From the human T2T-CHM13v2.0 reference genome, Homo sapiens, in the NCBI RefSeq assembly GCF_009914755.1, contig NC_060940.1: DNA of 64,000 nt. One strand, 5' to 3'. Numbering within the stretch: position 1 is the first letter of the stretch; each line of letters begins with the position of its first letter. Of this stretch, positions 29,943 through 64,000 are shown piece by piece. Below the pieces are notes generated by a model that ran no database searches, had not been told where the DNA came from, and saw only the letters and a program-made list of their open reading frames with translations. A program made the translations under genes and the position numbers.

Positions 29943-32236
29943 TTATCATTCTGTACCAGGCCCCACAAATGATGTAGCCAGCCCTGCACACCCGCCTTGC
30001 TCACCAGTTGCCCAAAGTGGCTGACCTGGAAGGATCCTTCATACTCTGAAGCCCGCGGTGCTTATGTCTTGGGAACTGCATCCTTTACTCTGAACAAAGG
30101 GCAGCCAGGTAGAAGAGGCTGTAGACAGGCCCAGAAGAACCTCACAGTCTCTATCTTTCCCTTCCATCTGGTAGGTTGGGCTGCCCGAGCTTCCCCTGCA
30201 CAGGGCGCCCCGCAGGAAACTTGTTTCAGACAGAGCTGTATATTCTCCCAGTGAGGTGACAAAGTCAGGAGGAAGGAAACCTCAGGTCGGGCTGGAGAAC
30301 TCTTTGCTGAGCTTGTTCACTGCTCCTGGCATCCCCACTATGCAGAGGAAAAGGGGACTCCCCAAGCAGTGGGATCCCCCGCTTCCCAGCCCAGGCTCTG
30401 TCTGCCTTGGCAGAGGCTGGGCTGGCTGAGCACCTGTGGGCAGCCACGCACCTCAGGATGTTGCGCTACAGCCTGACCCTATAGAAAGCCAAGTGCAAAC
30501 GCTGCTCATTAACCTCCACTCCCAAGAATCAGGCTGCTTGGCCTTGTCTCTGCTGTGGCCCCACCACTCGAGCCCTTCCTGCCAGGCTTGGAACCTCGAT
30601 GGCCATTTAGGGACAGCATCTAAGCCACCTTTGCAACCTTGGCCTTGGAATGGGCTGTTGCACAGGGAGCTCAGCAAATGTTCCTCCAAGTGCCTCAGGT
30701 CCCGATTCCCTCTCATCATCCCTAGAATAGCTTTTCCTTTTGAGATGCTCAGGACAGGCAGACACAGGCCTCCTGTTCCCAAGAAGCAGAGAAGGGGACA
30801 TGGGGCTGCAGGGCCAACACAGGGAGAGTCTTCCTGAGTCCTCCTCCTGCCAGCTGGTTTTTGCAGCTGCGGCCAGCCCTGGAGGCAGGAGACACAGCCC
30901 CCGGGTTCTGCGGCAGCGCCTGCCCCCGTTCCTCCAAGACGGCGTTCTGGGTGCTCTGAGCAAAACTGGATGCTGGCAGGAAGCAGCTCAGCCCTGGCCT
31001 TCACGGGAAGGGCAGGCACCCTCTCCTGACCTGGGGCTTCCCAGGCCCTCCTTTGGCACGTACTGAACTGTTTGTGGAACCATCTATGCCACCTCCCTCT
31101 TCCCTCCCAGGCTGAGACAGGACAGAGCCGCTCTTTGGAGCTCCTTGTCCCTGTGCAAGGCCAGGGAAGCAGAGGGCAGGGGAGGAGCTGGGAGGAGCTG
31201 GCAGGACCAGCGCTGCTTCGGCTTCGCAGCCTCCACCTCCAAAACCAGACAGAGCAGGAAAATCAGACTCCAGGCCTGGGAGGGCAATGAGTCCAAACGC
31301 CTTCCCCTTCCTGGCTCTCACCCAGAAGTCCTCCAAGATGCCAGAGCAAGGGCTTTTCATCTTTACTTTCCTCCTGAAACCTGAGACCCCATGAAATCAA
31401 CAAGGAGCAAGTGAGTACTTCCCGGAGGAAGCTTTACCTCTCAGCTGCTTCTCAGGGAATATCTACCCCAACGCTGAACTCCTGAAGATTTCAGTTAAAT
31501 GCGACCCTCAGCCTGATCCCACGGAGAGCCCCAGGGTGTGAACTGCACATCTGAGATTGTCTTTGTTTTTTTGAGATGGAGTTTCACTCTGTTGCTGAGG
31601 CTGGAGTGCAGCGGAGCAATCTTGGCTCACTGCAGCCTCCGCCTCCCGTGTTCAAGGATTCTCCTGCCTCACCTTCCTGAGTAGCTGGGACTCCGGGCAC
31701 ACACCACCCCAACCTGGCTAATTTTTGTATTTTTAGTAGAGATGGAGTTTAACCATGTTATCCAGGCTGGTCTCAAACTCCTGACCTCAAGTGATCCACC
31801 CACCTCGGCCTCCCAAAGTGCTGGGATTACAGGCATGAGCCACTGCTACCAGCCTGAGATTGTCCTGTCACCTACAACACCTGGCCCACCCTGAAAGTCA
31901 CAAAAGTCACATCTCCCCCTTCTCATTCCAGTCTAAGGATAAACAGCCGCAGCACTTCTCAGAGAAATTTGCACACCGGAGGATACTTTCCAAAGTCCTT
32001 TCACATCGTGTACAGGAGCCCTGTGACCTAAGAAGAGCAAATGTCTTTACCCCGTTTCTCAGATGAGTAAACAGAGGCCCAGGGAGACAAAGTTAACTTG
32101 CACAAGGCCATGAAGCATTTTGCCAGAAGTGGGGATGTAATCAATCCACGCACGATTCCCAGGCATGGAATCTTTCCAGTACCCTAGTGCTCACCCACAC
32201 TCTCCGCCAGAACTTTTTTTTTTTTTTTTTTTTTGA

Positions 32237-32419
<183 letters not shown>

Positions 32420-32974
32420 TAGCCAGGATGGTCTCGATCTCCTGACCTCGTGATCCGCCTACCTCGGCCTCCCGAAATGCTGGGATTACAGGCATGAGCC
32501 ACTGCACCCGGCCGACCTGTTTCATTCTGCTTTCTTCCCATCTGGCTACTGACCTCCCCTGTCCCGGTGTCATCTGCTGTCATTCATGATGACCCTGCTC
32601 ATTAGCTGCCCTACCTGTGCTCCATGCACTCAGCTGTGGCGATGCAGGAGGAAGTCCACCTGGGGAGTCCACTCCTGAGCCAGGAGTCCAGAGCAAGCAT
32701 CTCCAGCCCGCTTCCAGGTGCTTGGCCCCGTGATGGTTCATTCATTTATTCTCCAGACCCCTACTGAGCACCTGCCTCATGCCCAGCCCTGAGCAGACAG
32801 CAGTGAGCAGGTTCCCACCCTCACTCTCTGGTGTAGAGCTGTCCTCTCTGGTAGCAAGTGCTGAGAGAGGGGCCCAAAACCAACCGTACCTCCACCAGGT
32901 GATCTGGCCGCGGGAAGCACAGGGGTGGCATCACCTGACTTCCCAGCCCTCCTTGAAGCTGACTCTTGCCTTTA

Positions 32975-33250
<276 letters not shown>

Positions 33251-33947
33251 TCACATCATTGCACTCCAGCTTGGATTTCAGAGTGCGACTCCTCAAAAAA
33301 AAAAAAAAAAGCCAGCCGGGCACAGTGGCTCACGCCTGTAATCCCAGCACTTTGGGAGGCCAAGGTGGGTGGATCACCTGAGGTCAGGAGGTCAAAACCA
33401 GCCCGACCAATGTGATGAAACCCCATCTCTACTAAAAATACAAAAACTAGCCAGGCATGGTGGCGTGCACCTGTAGTCCCAGCTACTCGGGAGGCTGAGA
33501 CAGGAGAATCGCTTGAACAAGGAGGCGGAGGTTGCAGTGAGCTGAGACGGTGCTATTGCACTCCAGCCTGGGCAGCACGAGTGAAACTCCATCTCCCAAA
33601 AACAAACAAACAAAACAAACAAGCCACGTGATCTGAGACTCAGCCTACAAGTGCTGGCTTTGTCAGTCCCATGTTCTGACCAGGGCCTCATTGACCATTG
33701 CATTCCATGCGGGGTGAAGCTAGTAGAGAGCGGCCTTGTGCGAAGGCAGTAAGGCCTGGAGCTGGGTGCCCTGAGTATCTGTGATGTCATCTAACTTCTT
33801 GAAACCGTGTATCGGTCATGAGGCAGGAGAGCGAGATCTCATTGCTCTCTCAAGGTGTTCTCCATGCGGCCCTGGACACATCTGTTAACTGTTCTGTAAG
33901 ACGCGGGTATTAATAGCACCTGCTTTGTGAGATGATTTTGAGGATTA

Positions 33948-34151
<204 letters not shown>

Positions 34152-34305
34152 TCACCCAGGTGGGAGTTTAATGACGTGATCACTGCACCCTCGGACTCCT
34201 GGGCTCAAGCAATCCTCCTACCTCATTCTTCCAAAGAGCTGGGATTACAGGCACGAGCCACTGTGCCTGGCCCAATGTCTCTATTTTTTATTTATTTTTT
34301 TTTGA

Positions 34306-34749
<444 letters not shown>

Positions 34750-35099
34750 TAGCTGGGATTACAGGCGTGTGCCACCACACCTGACTAATTTTTTGTATTT
34801 TTAGTAGAGACAGTGTTTCACCATGTTGGCCAGGCTAATCTCAAACTTCTGACCTCAGGTGATCCACCCACCTCGGCCTCCTGAAGTGCTGGGATTACAG
34901 GCATGAGCCATTTTCTTTCTGCCCAGCTATTTTTTTTTTTGCATTTTTTGGCTAGACGGGGTCTCACCCTGTTGCCCAGGCTGATCTCAAACTCCCGTCC
35001 TCAAGCGATCCTCTTGCCTTGGCCTCCCAAAGTGCTGGCATTACAGGCATGAGCCACTGCACCTGGCCTTCGCTTTGAATTAAAGTGGCAGGCAGGAAG

Positions 35100-37510
<2,411 letters not shown>

Positions 37511-37714
37511 TTGAGAAGCTGGGATTATAGGCGTGAGCCACAGCGATAATGTAGTACTTTCAATGCTGAAATCAGGACAGTGCCAGGCAAACTCGGACAA
37601 TTGGTCAACCTAGCTGTTAAGTAACTAACTTGCTCTAAATCACAGTTATTAAGTGGCAGGGCCTGTATTCAAATGCAGGTGGGCTGACTTCAGATTCAAA
37701 TTGTTTGCTTTTGC

Positions 37715-37879
37715 CAGTGGTTCTCAATCTTGAGCATGCAAACCTGGAGGCCTTGTTAAAATTCAGATAGCCCCATCTTCAGGGTCTCCAATTCAGTAGG
37801 TTGGGGCCGCCGAGAATTTGCCTAACCAGCTCCCTGGTGATGCTGAGGCTGCTGGACTGGGAAGACTGGGAACCAACTG
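37715..37879. mobile_element. MER5A-like hAT DNA transposon
   Basis: Termini CAGTGGTTCTCAA ... GGGAACCAACTG with typical internal TGGTGATGCTGAGGCTGCTGG. Confidence 0.65.
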
Positions 37880-38085
37880 AGAAGACCTTTGTATTTGGCT
37901 TTCTCACCTCCAGATAAGGGCTTTTTAACTTTTATTTTGTGAGACAAGGTCTCAATCTCTCACTCACGCTGAAATACAGCTTATGATCTTGGTTCACTGC
38001 AACCTCAAACTCTTGGGCTCAAGCAATCCCCTGCCTCAGCAATATGAATAAACATATTGGAGGCCAGGTGTGAGACTCCACCTCA

Positions 38086-38388
<303 letters not shown>

Positions 38389-38409
38389 TCAAAAAAAAAA
38401 AAAAGTAAA

Positions 38410-38806
38410 GAAATAAAACAATGGCTACTCCATAGAGCAGCCCCGAGGGCTGCTGGTTGCTCATTTTTATGGTTATTTATTGATTATATGCTAAAGAAGG
38501 GGTGGATTATTCATGCCTCCCCTTTTTAGACCATATAGGGTAACATTCTGGCGTTGCCATGGCATTTGTAAGCTGTCTTGGCGCTGGTGGGAGTGTAGCA
38601 GTGAGGACGACCAGAGGTCATTCGCATCACCATCTTGGTTTTGGTGGGTTTTGGCCGCGGCTTCTTTACTGCTTGTGCCGGCCTCTCATCTCATCCTGTG
38701 ACTTAGAATGCCTCCACCACCTGGGAACACAGCCCAGTAGGTCTCAGCCTCATTTTACCCAGCGCCTACTCAAGATGGAGTTGCTCTGGTTCAAAGGCCT
38801 CTAACA
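38410..38806 (-). mobile_element. MER41 (A-type) ERV1 LTR
   Basis: Reverse complement begins TGTTAGAGGCCTTTGAACCAGAGCAACTCCATCTTGAGTAGGCGCTGGGTAAAATGAGGCTGAGACC, the MER41 5' end. Confidence 0.8.
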
Positions 38807-39156
38807 GAAGCTAAACACAGGTGGGGGCTTCCAAAGAAGCAGATCCAATGCCCACTGCCCTTCCTCACTCCCCTAATAGATGTAGGGCACCATGGACTTT
38901 TACAGACTGAGGGACATACTCTGGATGAGAATAGTTTACCTGGGAACACAGCCCAGTAGGTCTCAGCCTCATTTTACCCAGCGCCTACTCAAGATGGAGT
39001 TGCTCTGGTTCAAAGGCCTCTAACAGAAGCTAAACACAGGTGGGGGCTTTCAAAGAAGCAGATCCAATGCCCACTGCCCTTCCTCACTCCCCTAATAGAT
39101 GTAGGGCACCATGGACTTTTACAGACTGAGGGACATACTCTGGATGAGAACAGTTT
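38719..39156 (+). repeat. Near-perfect 219-bp direct tandem duplication
   Basis: 38719-38937 vs 38938-39156; two mismatches seen. Confidence 0.93.
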
Positions 39157-39329
39157 ACCCTATCAAGGAAAAGTAAGTTCCCCAGATGAAACGCCACAGA
39201 TAACAGGCATATTGTAAGTCAGGCTTTGTACGTTTTCCAAAACTCACTACAGGGATCCCCTTTGAGGTGCAGAATCTTGTATCACAATAATCACGATTCC
39301 TTGGCCAAGGCCTTTTGATGTCATGGTCC

Positions 39330-40559
<1,230 letters not shown>

Positions 40560-40562
40560 TCA

Positions 40563-40889
<327 letters not shown>

Positions 40890-41332
40890 TCAATCTCTCT
40901 GCCTTCATTTCTTCCGCTGTAAACTGGGACAGTGATAACCCCTTGTGGGTGATGTCTGAGGAGCTGGGTGAGGGAGCGGGACTGCACAGGCTCTGACTAC
41001 CATTGGCCCTGGTGCGATGACACTCCGCCGGTGGGGGCAACACACACGCGTCGTCTCCCAGACATTCAGAGCAACTTCTATTAATACCCTGCCTGCCTGG
41101 GCCCCAGCCATGAGAACTGCCCCTCACTGAGGCAGAGTCTGGTCTTCCTCTTCTTGGGGAGACCCAGAACTTCCAGAGAGTGTCCTGGACCATGAAGGTG
41201 ACCAGGAAAGCGAATAGGTGGGTGGAGGCCGCTGCAGTGAAGCCTCAGGCCCCCTCTGGTCTCTCCAGGGTCATCCTGGATCATCTGAATTTCCCTTTGA
41301 AATGAGCATGCACAGGTTCAGCTGATTCATAA

Positions 41333-41338
41333 TTTAAT
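41333..41338 (-). terminator. Poly(A) signal ATTAAA of CLEC18B
   Basis: TTTAAT on the plus strand, about 350 nt downstream of the stop codon. Confidence 0.65.
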
Positions 41339-41691
41339 ACCCCGTGGGGTTCATGCCACAGGGAAGCTCCGCTGCCCCACAGGGTCTGGGCCAGGTGGAA
41401 GAGAGCAGCCTTTTTGGACCACTGGCGGTGTCCTCTCCTTCGCCATCTAATTGAAGCCCATCTTCCCAATCAAAAGCAGGCGAAGGGCCCCAGCTTCTTC
41501 TAACACTCACTCCCTGGCCCTCACTGGCCTCCCTGCCTCTCTCTGCCCAACTTCTGGCATTGTGCAAGGTCTGAGACCTCTTTGGACATGAGGCATGTGG
41601 TCTTAACCTGGCCCTTGTTCCAGACAGGTGGGCAGACAGGTAAGCAGAGCCGGTGCTCCCAGGGCAGGCGAGGGAGCCATGTGGTCAGGCC

Positions 41692-54041
<12,350 letters not shown>

Positions 54042-54049
54042 TCAGGCTG

Positions 54050-54100
54050 GGCTGGTGGACAAAAGAGGGGGGCTGGTGGACAAAAGAAGGAGGCTGGTGA
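54050..54100. repeat. 21-bp tandem repeat just upstream of the CLEC18B ATG
   Basis: GGCTGGTGGACAAAAGA(G/A)GG(G/A) twice, plus a partial third copy. Confidence 0.75.
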
Positions 54101-54796
54101 GTGAGTAATCAGTGTGTCCAGACAGCCTCCTGTTGGCGCTGGCATGAAAAGAGACAACTCCGGGGGATGCCTGCCTGCTCCGGCCTCGGCCTGGCCAGCC
54201 CGCCCCCGACAGCAGGCAGAGTGGCGTGCACTGACCCGCGGCCCCTGCTAATCATTGTGGGATTATTAGCACCCTTGGGGAGCCCCCAGAGACCCCGCTG
54301 ATTGGCCTGGGGACATTCCGGTGCTGCAGATTAGTGACCGATGGCCGTGTCCTGGCTGGGACAGTGTCCTCCGAGCCCACTGATGGCTTCCGCTCCCCAG
54401 CCCCGGGCCCTGGGAGGAGGACCTCGGCTATGGTCCTTCTGGTGAGCAGGAACTGGGCAAGACCCCAGGGGAGTTCTTTCCTTTCTTGGGAAGCTCGTCC
54501 CAACCCCCCAGCCATGAATTAAACATAGGCAAGAGGTAACCGCACACCAGAGGGGTGCAATCTGTGGGCTCAAAGGGGGGTGGGCTGAGGCCGCACCTGC
54601 ACGAGGAAAAGGGTGCCTTAGGAAAGTCTGTCTGGGCAGGGTCGGGGGCTGGGCCCAGCCCCGGTGCCCACCACCCTCACCCACGTGACTACAGGCCAGG
54701 GGGGGAGTGAGGCAGGAGGAGTCAAAGCAGGCGGGGACCAGAGCACGTGATGCCCTGGGCTGACTCCAGTCCTGCTGGGATCACGTCCGCCTCTAG

Positions 54797-55243
<447 letters not shown>

Positions 55244-55504
55244 TAGGGGCTCAGGAGTTTCTTCTCCCTCAAACAGAAACCCAGCACCCTCAGGGTCACT
55301 GCGTGTGGGTCCTAGCAATGCTTAATAGCTACCTGTTTTTTGATGTATTTTTATTTTTATTTTTTAGACAGTTTCACTCTGCCACTCAGGTTGGAGTGTT
55401 ATAATCTCAGCTCACTGCAGCCTTGACCTCTTGGGCCCAAGTGATCCTTCCACCTCAGCCTCCCAAGTAGCTGGGACCAGGTGTGTGCCACCATGCCTGG
55501 CTAA

Positions 55505-55720
<216 letters not shown>

Positions 55721-55861
55721 TAGCAGATGGGATGCCCGTCGTGTAGATGAGGAAACGGGCTTAGTGTGTCTAAGGGGCTTGTCCAAGGTCACTCAGCGAG
55801 TGCATGGAGCATCCCAGCTAATCCAAGGTCTCTGCCTTCCCATTCCCAACGCTTTAATTCA

Positions 55862-56467
<606 letters not shown>

Positions 56468-57256
56468 CTAGGCTGGAACCGACACGCTGTGTGACCCTGA
56501 GGATGGCACTCCCACTCCTGAAGCTCAGTATCCAATGGCGTAGAGCTGGGATGACCCCTCTGCTGGGCCCCTAACCAGGGCATTGCAACTTGGTTTCCAT
56601 GGTACTCCCTCCTGGGTTCAGACTTTTTAGTGGAGCCTGCTCGGTGGCTGGGGTGGGTTTGGAGAATGGGCAGCCTCATTCTTGCAAGGCAGCTTTCCCC
56701 AGGTGAGGCTACTACAGGGTTTACATCCACCATCCAGACTGTAGGATTCACATTTTGCTATATTTTCTTTATCACCTGTGTCTCTATCTATCCCACCCCT
56801 CTCCAGCTCATGCATAGCTGATACCTCTTCTCCCAGTCTGCATTTGAAGGTTATAGCGTTCGAGTCATTTTGTCTCTTCCTGAAGCAGCTCCTTTCTTCA
56901 AAGCCTTGAAATCTTGTTGATGGTCTCAAAAAAAAAAAAAAAAAAGAAAACCATTTAACTCTAGGAGAGTTGTGGCCACATTTTCTTTTAAAAATTACAT
57001 GTCCAGGACAGGCGTAGTAGCTCACTCACACCTATAATCCCAGCACTTTGGGAGGCCAAGCTGGGTGGACTGCTTGATCTCAGGAGTTTGAGACCAGCCT
57101 GGGCAGCATGGTGAAACCCCATTTCTAAAAAAAATACAAAAAATTAGCTGGGCGTGGTAGCACGTGTCCATAGTCCCACCTACCTGGGAGGCTGAGGTGG
57201 GAGGATAGCCTGAGCCAGGGATGTCAAGGCTGCAGTGAGCTGTAATCGTGCCACTA

Positions 57257-57742
<486 letters not shown>

Positions 57743-57904
57743 CTACCTCAAGCTCCTGAGTAGCTGGACTGTGGGTGTGCGCCACCATGCCAGGTAATTT
57801 TTGTATTTTTAGTAGAGATGGGGCTTCACCATGTTGCCCAGGCTGGTCTCAAAGCTCAAGTCATCTGCTGGGATTATAGGCGTGAGCCACCACAACCAGC
57901 CCCA

Positions 57905-58243
57905 TATTAGTATGTTGAAGCCCTACCTCCATTACCTCCGTGTCACTGTATTTAGAGATAGGGTCTTTAAAGAGGTAATTAAAGTTAAATGAGGTCACTG
58001 GGGTGGGTCCTGATCCAGTCTGACTGGCCTCGTTATAAGAAGAGACACACAGAGGGAAGATCCTGTGAAGACACAGGGAGAAGGCGGCTGTAGACAAGCC
58101 AAGGAAAGAGGTCCTCAGAGGGAACCAACCCCCCGGCACCTTGATCCTGGCCTTTATGCCTCCAGAACTCTGAGAAAATACATTCTGTTTTTTAAGCCAC
58201 CCAGTGTGTGGTACCTTGTATGGCAGTCCTAGCAAACGAATAC
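57905..58243 (+). mobile_element. MLT1A/B-type MaLR LTR
   Basis: GTATTTAGAGATAGGGTCTTTAAAGAGGTAATTAA…TTTAAGCCACCCAGTGTGTGGTAC…CTAGCAAACGAATACA. Confidence 0.8.
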
Positions 58244-58249
58244 AGCCCT

Positions 58250-59972
<1,723 letters not shown>

Positions 59973-60848
59973 TATTTTGTTTTATTTGAGGGTCTCACTT
60001 TGTCACCCAGGCTGGAGTGCAGTGGTACCATAATTGCTGAGTAGCCTCGAATTCCTGGGCTCAAGCCATCCTCATGCCTCAGCCTCCTGAGCAGGTAGAA
60101 TGATAGGCACGTGCCACCATACCCAGCTACTTTTTTTTTTTTTCCAGACAGGGTCTCACTCTGTCACCCAGGCTGGAGTACAGTGGTGTGCTCACGGCTC
60201 CGGGGTTCAGGTGATCCTCCCACCTCAGCGTCCCAGGTAGTTGGGACTATGGGCATGCACCACCATGCCCGGCTAATTTTTTGTATTTTTGGTAGAGACG
60301 GGGTCTTGCCATGTTGTCTAGGCTGGTCTAAAACTCCTGGGCTCAAGCGATCCTCCTGCCTTGGCCTCCCAAAGCGCTGGCATTACAGTTGTGAGCCACC
60401 GCGCCCGGCTCCGCCTCCCGGGTTTACACCATTCTCCTGCCTCAGCTTCCCGAGTAGCCGGGACTACAGGCGCCCACCACCACACCAGGCTAATTTTTTG
60501 TATCTTTAGTAGAGAAGGGGTTTCACTGTGTGAGCCAGGATGGTCTTGATCTGACCTTGTGATCCACCTGCCTTGGCCTCCCAAAGTGCTGGGATTACAA
60601 TCATGAGCCACCGTGCCTGGCCCTTCTTTTTCTTTTTTTTAGATAGGGGTCTCACTATGTTGCCCAGGCTGGAGTGCAGTGGCTATTCATAGGTGCAATC
60701 ATAGTGCACTGCAATCTCCAACTCCTGGTCAGCCGCTACTTCTTAAAATGTTTCTCTGTCTGGTTCATGTTTCAAAGTCTGGTTCATGACTCTGCTACAC
60801 TTCAGTTTCAAAAGCTGGTAGCAAAGGAAAGAACATGCCAAGAGCTGA

Positions 60849-61178
<330 letters not shown>

Positions 61179-63023
61179 TAGCTCTTCAAGGCTTACGGAA
61201 GTTGGTACCTTGTGGAACTAGGCTGGGGAGGTCTGGATGCCAGATGTTCTTCTGAGGTTGCTGTTCTTATAATTGCTGTATTCAAATATATCACCCAGTT
61301 GAGATGAAATGCCTAGAGCACAGCTGCGGAGTGGGACCAGCTGGGCTGAGGAGGGAATGAAGTACAAACATCCAGCGATGTTCAGGGCCCTGAAGCAGCT
61401 GGGAAGCGCAGGCGTTCAAATCACCAGAGGCATGGCTATATCAGCTCACATATCATGCACACAGATGCATGTCCTAGGCGTGGAAACAAAGCTCCCCAGA
61501 CCATGGTTAACTCACCGCATGCACCTGGAGTTCCATCTGCACCAAGGCGCCAGTGGTTACTTTTAGAAATAAACAAGTCACAATGAACACAGTTAAAAGA
61601 TGTCAGCACTAGTGGCACTTGGGGACTCCAGCCCAGCTCCTGTCACAAGCAACTGGCCACCAGGTCTGGACCCACATCCTTTGCTCTTGGCCTACTGAGG
61701 TCATTCAGTTTTGCTCATCTCCCACAACCTGGAAACCCAAGGGGGCAGGCTGTGCAGTTCATCCTGGAAGAATAATAGAAGAGCAGCTGTCGTGCATGGA
61801 AAGATCGTGCAATGGGTCAAGTATTTAATTAATTATTTTTTGAGACAGGGCCTTGATCTGTCACCCAGGCTGGAGTGCAGTGGCGCGATCATAGCTCACT
61901 GCAGTCTTGAACTTCTGGGCTGAAGCGATCCTTTCACCTCAGCCTCCCGGGTAACTGGGACTATAGGCACGTACCACTCTACCTGGCTAATTTTTTGATT
62001 TTTGGTAGAGACGGGGTCTCCCTAAGTTGCCCAGGCTTGTCTTGAACTCCTGGGCTCAAGCGATCCTCCTGCCTCAGCCTCCCAAAGTGCTGGGATTACA
62101 GGTGTGAGCCACTGCGCCTGACCTGTTAATTTATTTTTTGAGACAGGGCCTTGATCTGTCACCCAGGCTGGAGTGCGGTGGCACGATCACGGCTCATAGC
62201 AGTCTTGAACTTCTGGGCTGAAGCGATCCTTTCACCTCAGCCTCCCGGGTAGCTGGGACTACAGGCACGCACCATTATACCTGGCTAATTTTTTTATTTT
62301 TGGTAGAGACGGGGTCTCCCTAAGTTGCCCAGGCTGGTCTTGAACTCCTGGGCTCAAGCGATCCTCCCACCTTGGCCTCCCAGTGTTGGGATTACAGGCG
62401 TGAACCACCATGCCAGTCTGGGTCAAGTATTTTATATTCATTACTTGAGTTTCATAACAACCCTATAAAGTAGGCATCACTGTCCATTTTAAAACAAGTA
62501 AACAGAGGCCTAGGAAAGGTAACCACCCAAGGTCGTATACACCAAGGAAGAGGCAATGCTGGCATTCAGACCCAGGCCAGTAAACCCAAAGCCCCATGCC
62601 CTTGACCCACCACAACAATCTGGGATTCTGAGGGGCTTGAGTCAGGCGACACCCCAGATCTAAGCATCTGAAGGTCCCTAACTGTGGAGGCTTTCATGAG
62701 AACAAGCCACTGGACGGTAAGCACACGTCGCTCTTCTCAAGGGAGGGTGTACTAAAGGAGCCTCATCTCACTCCCCCTGTGCCATGGAGGCCACACCAGG
62801 TGAGCACCCTTGGGAGGGAGACGCATAGCCTGACTGGGGTGCTAATGTGTCCCGGCACTGGGTTCTCCACATGAACAGTTGTGTGAATCCAGGAGGCTCA
62901 GATCACGTGCCACAGCGCCACCTACTGGCCTGCGAACAACAACATCAGGAGATCGATTCCACTGGCTTTTCTTTGTTGCTCTGTGTGATTTCTTTACATA
63001 TTCTGGATACACTGTCAGATGTA

Positions 63024-63403
63024 TGTATTAGTCTCTCTCTATATAGAGAAGAATTATATAAGGAATTGACTCACGTGATTGTGCAGACCGGCAAGTCTGA
63101 AATTTGCAGGGCAGGCTGGAAACTCAGGTAAGAGTTGATGTTGCTGCTCGTCTTGAGTTGAAGGCAGTCTGGAAGCCAAAATCCTTCTTCCTGGGGGAAC
63201 TTTAGTCTTTTCTCTTAAGGTCTTCAACTGATTGGGTGAGGCCCACCCATATTATGGAGGGCTTTACTGCTTTACTCAAAGTCTACTGACTTAAATGTTA
63301 ATCACATCCAAAAAGTATCTTCACAATAATATCTAGGCTGATGTTTGCCAAACGTCTGGGCACCAAAGCCTAGCAAAGTTGACACATAAAATTAGCCAGC
63401 ACA
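63024..63403 (-). mobile_element. MLT2 (ERVL) LTR
   Basis: TATATAAGGAATTGACTCACGTGATT…TTCAACTGATTGGGTGAGGCCCACCCATATTATGGAGGG…AAGTTGACACATAAAATTAGCCAGCACA. Confidence 0.8.
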
Positions 63404-63555
63404 GCATCCACTTACTTGCTTGTAAAATGGGCAGTGACACACCTTTTTTTTAGACTTAACTAATGCACATTAAATATGCGGCCTGTTGTAAAAATCTTCC
63501 CATACATGACAACTGCTTTTTACCTTCTTTTTTTTTTTTTTTTTTTTTGAGATGA

Positions 63556-63839
<284 letters not shown>

Positions 63840-64000
63840 TAAATTACTCTTGCAAGACAAACTGCATGGCCTATCCCCTTGGATTTCCAGGTTGTGACAG
63901 ATGACTGGAGATGAGCAAAATGAAATGACCCAAGGAGGCCCAGAAACATTCAGCTCGAGAAGCAAATAACCCAGGCCCAGGTGTGTTGGTCAGTTGCTTG

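Noticed and set aside
38410-38806. MER41 as an interferon-gamma/STAT1 enhancer
   Set aside because: The copy reads …AAAAAGGGGAGGCATGAATAATCC… and lacks the tandem GAS (TTCnnnGAA) segment recalled for MER41B, so it is MER41A-like.

Overview
Human (hominid) genomic DNA, very Alu-dense, from a chromosome 16q segmental-duplication mosaic. Left to right: (1) a CpG-island promoter with minus-strand non-coding 5' exons, by synteny most likely the PDPR-derived pseudogene PDPR2P; (2) an LCR16a core duplicon (~7.2-28.4 kb) carrying an intact plus-strand NPIP-B gene (7 coding exons, 443 aa, matches NPIPB15) and an orphan minus-strand PLA2G10 catalytic exon; (3) an LTR/Alu-rich spacer with a second CpG island and several exon-like blocks of unknown identity on the minus strand; (4) an intact minus-strand CLEC18 gene (13 coding exons, 455 aa, matches CLEC18B); (5) Alu/L1/MaLR-rich DNA upstream of CLEC18B. 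Nearly all ORFs in the supplied track are Alu-derived or GC-rich noise. The most notable observations concern how NPIP coding sequence was built from Alu DNA: a 52-nt stretch of exon 2 is identical to a neighbouring intronic Alu, and the C-terminus is a tandemly amplified Alu right arm plus its A-tail. Also notable are templated-insertion scars near the inferred duplicon boundaries and a candidate unannotated minus-strand spliced unit between CLEC18B and NPIPB15. No CRISPR, rRNA or tRNA was seen. Gene and repeat-family names come from recalled sequences, not database searches.
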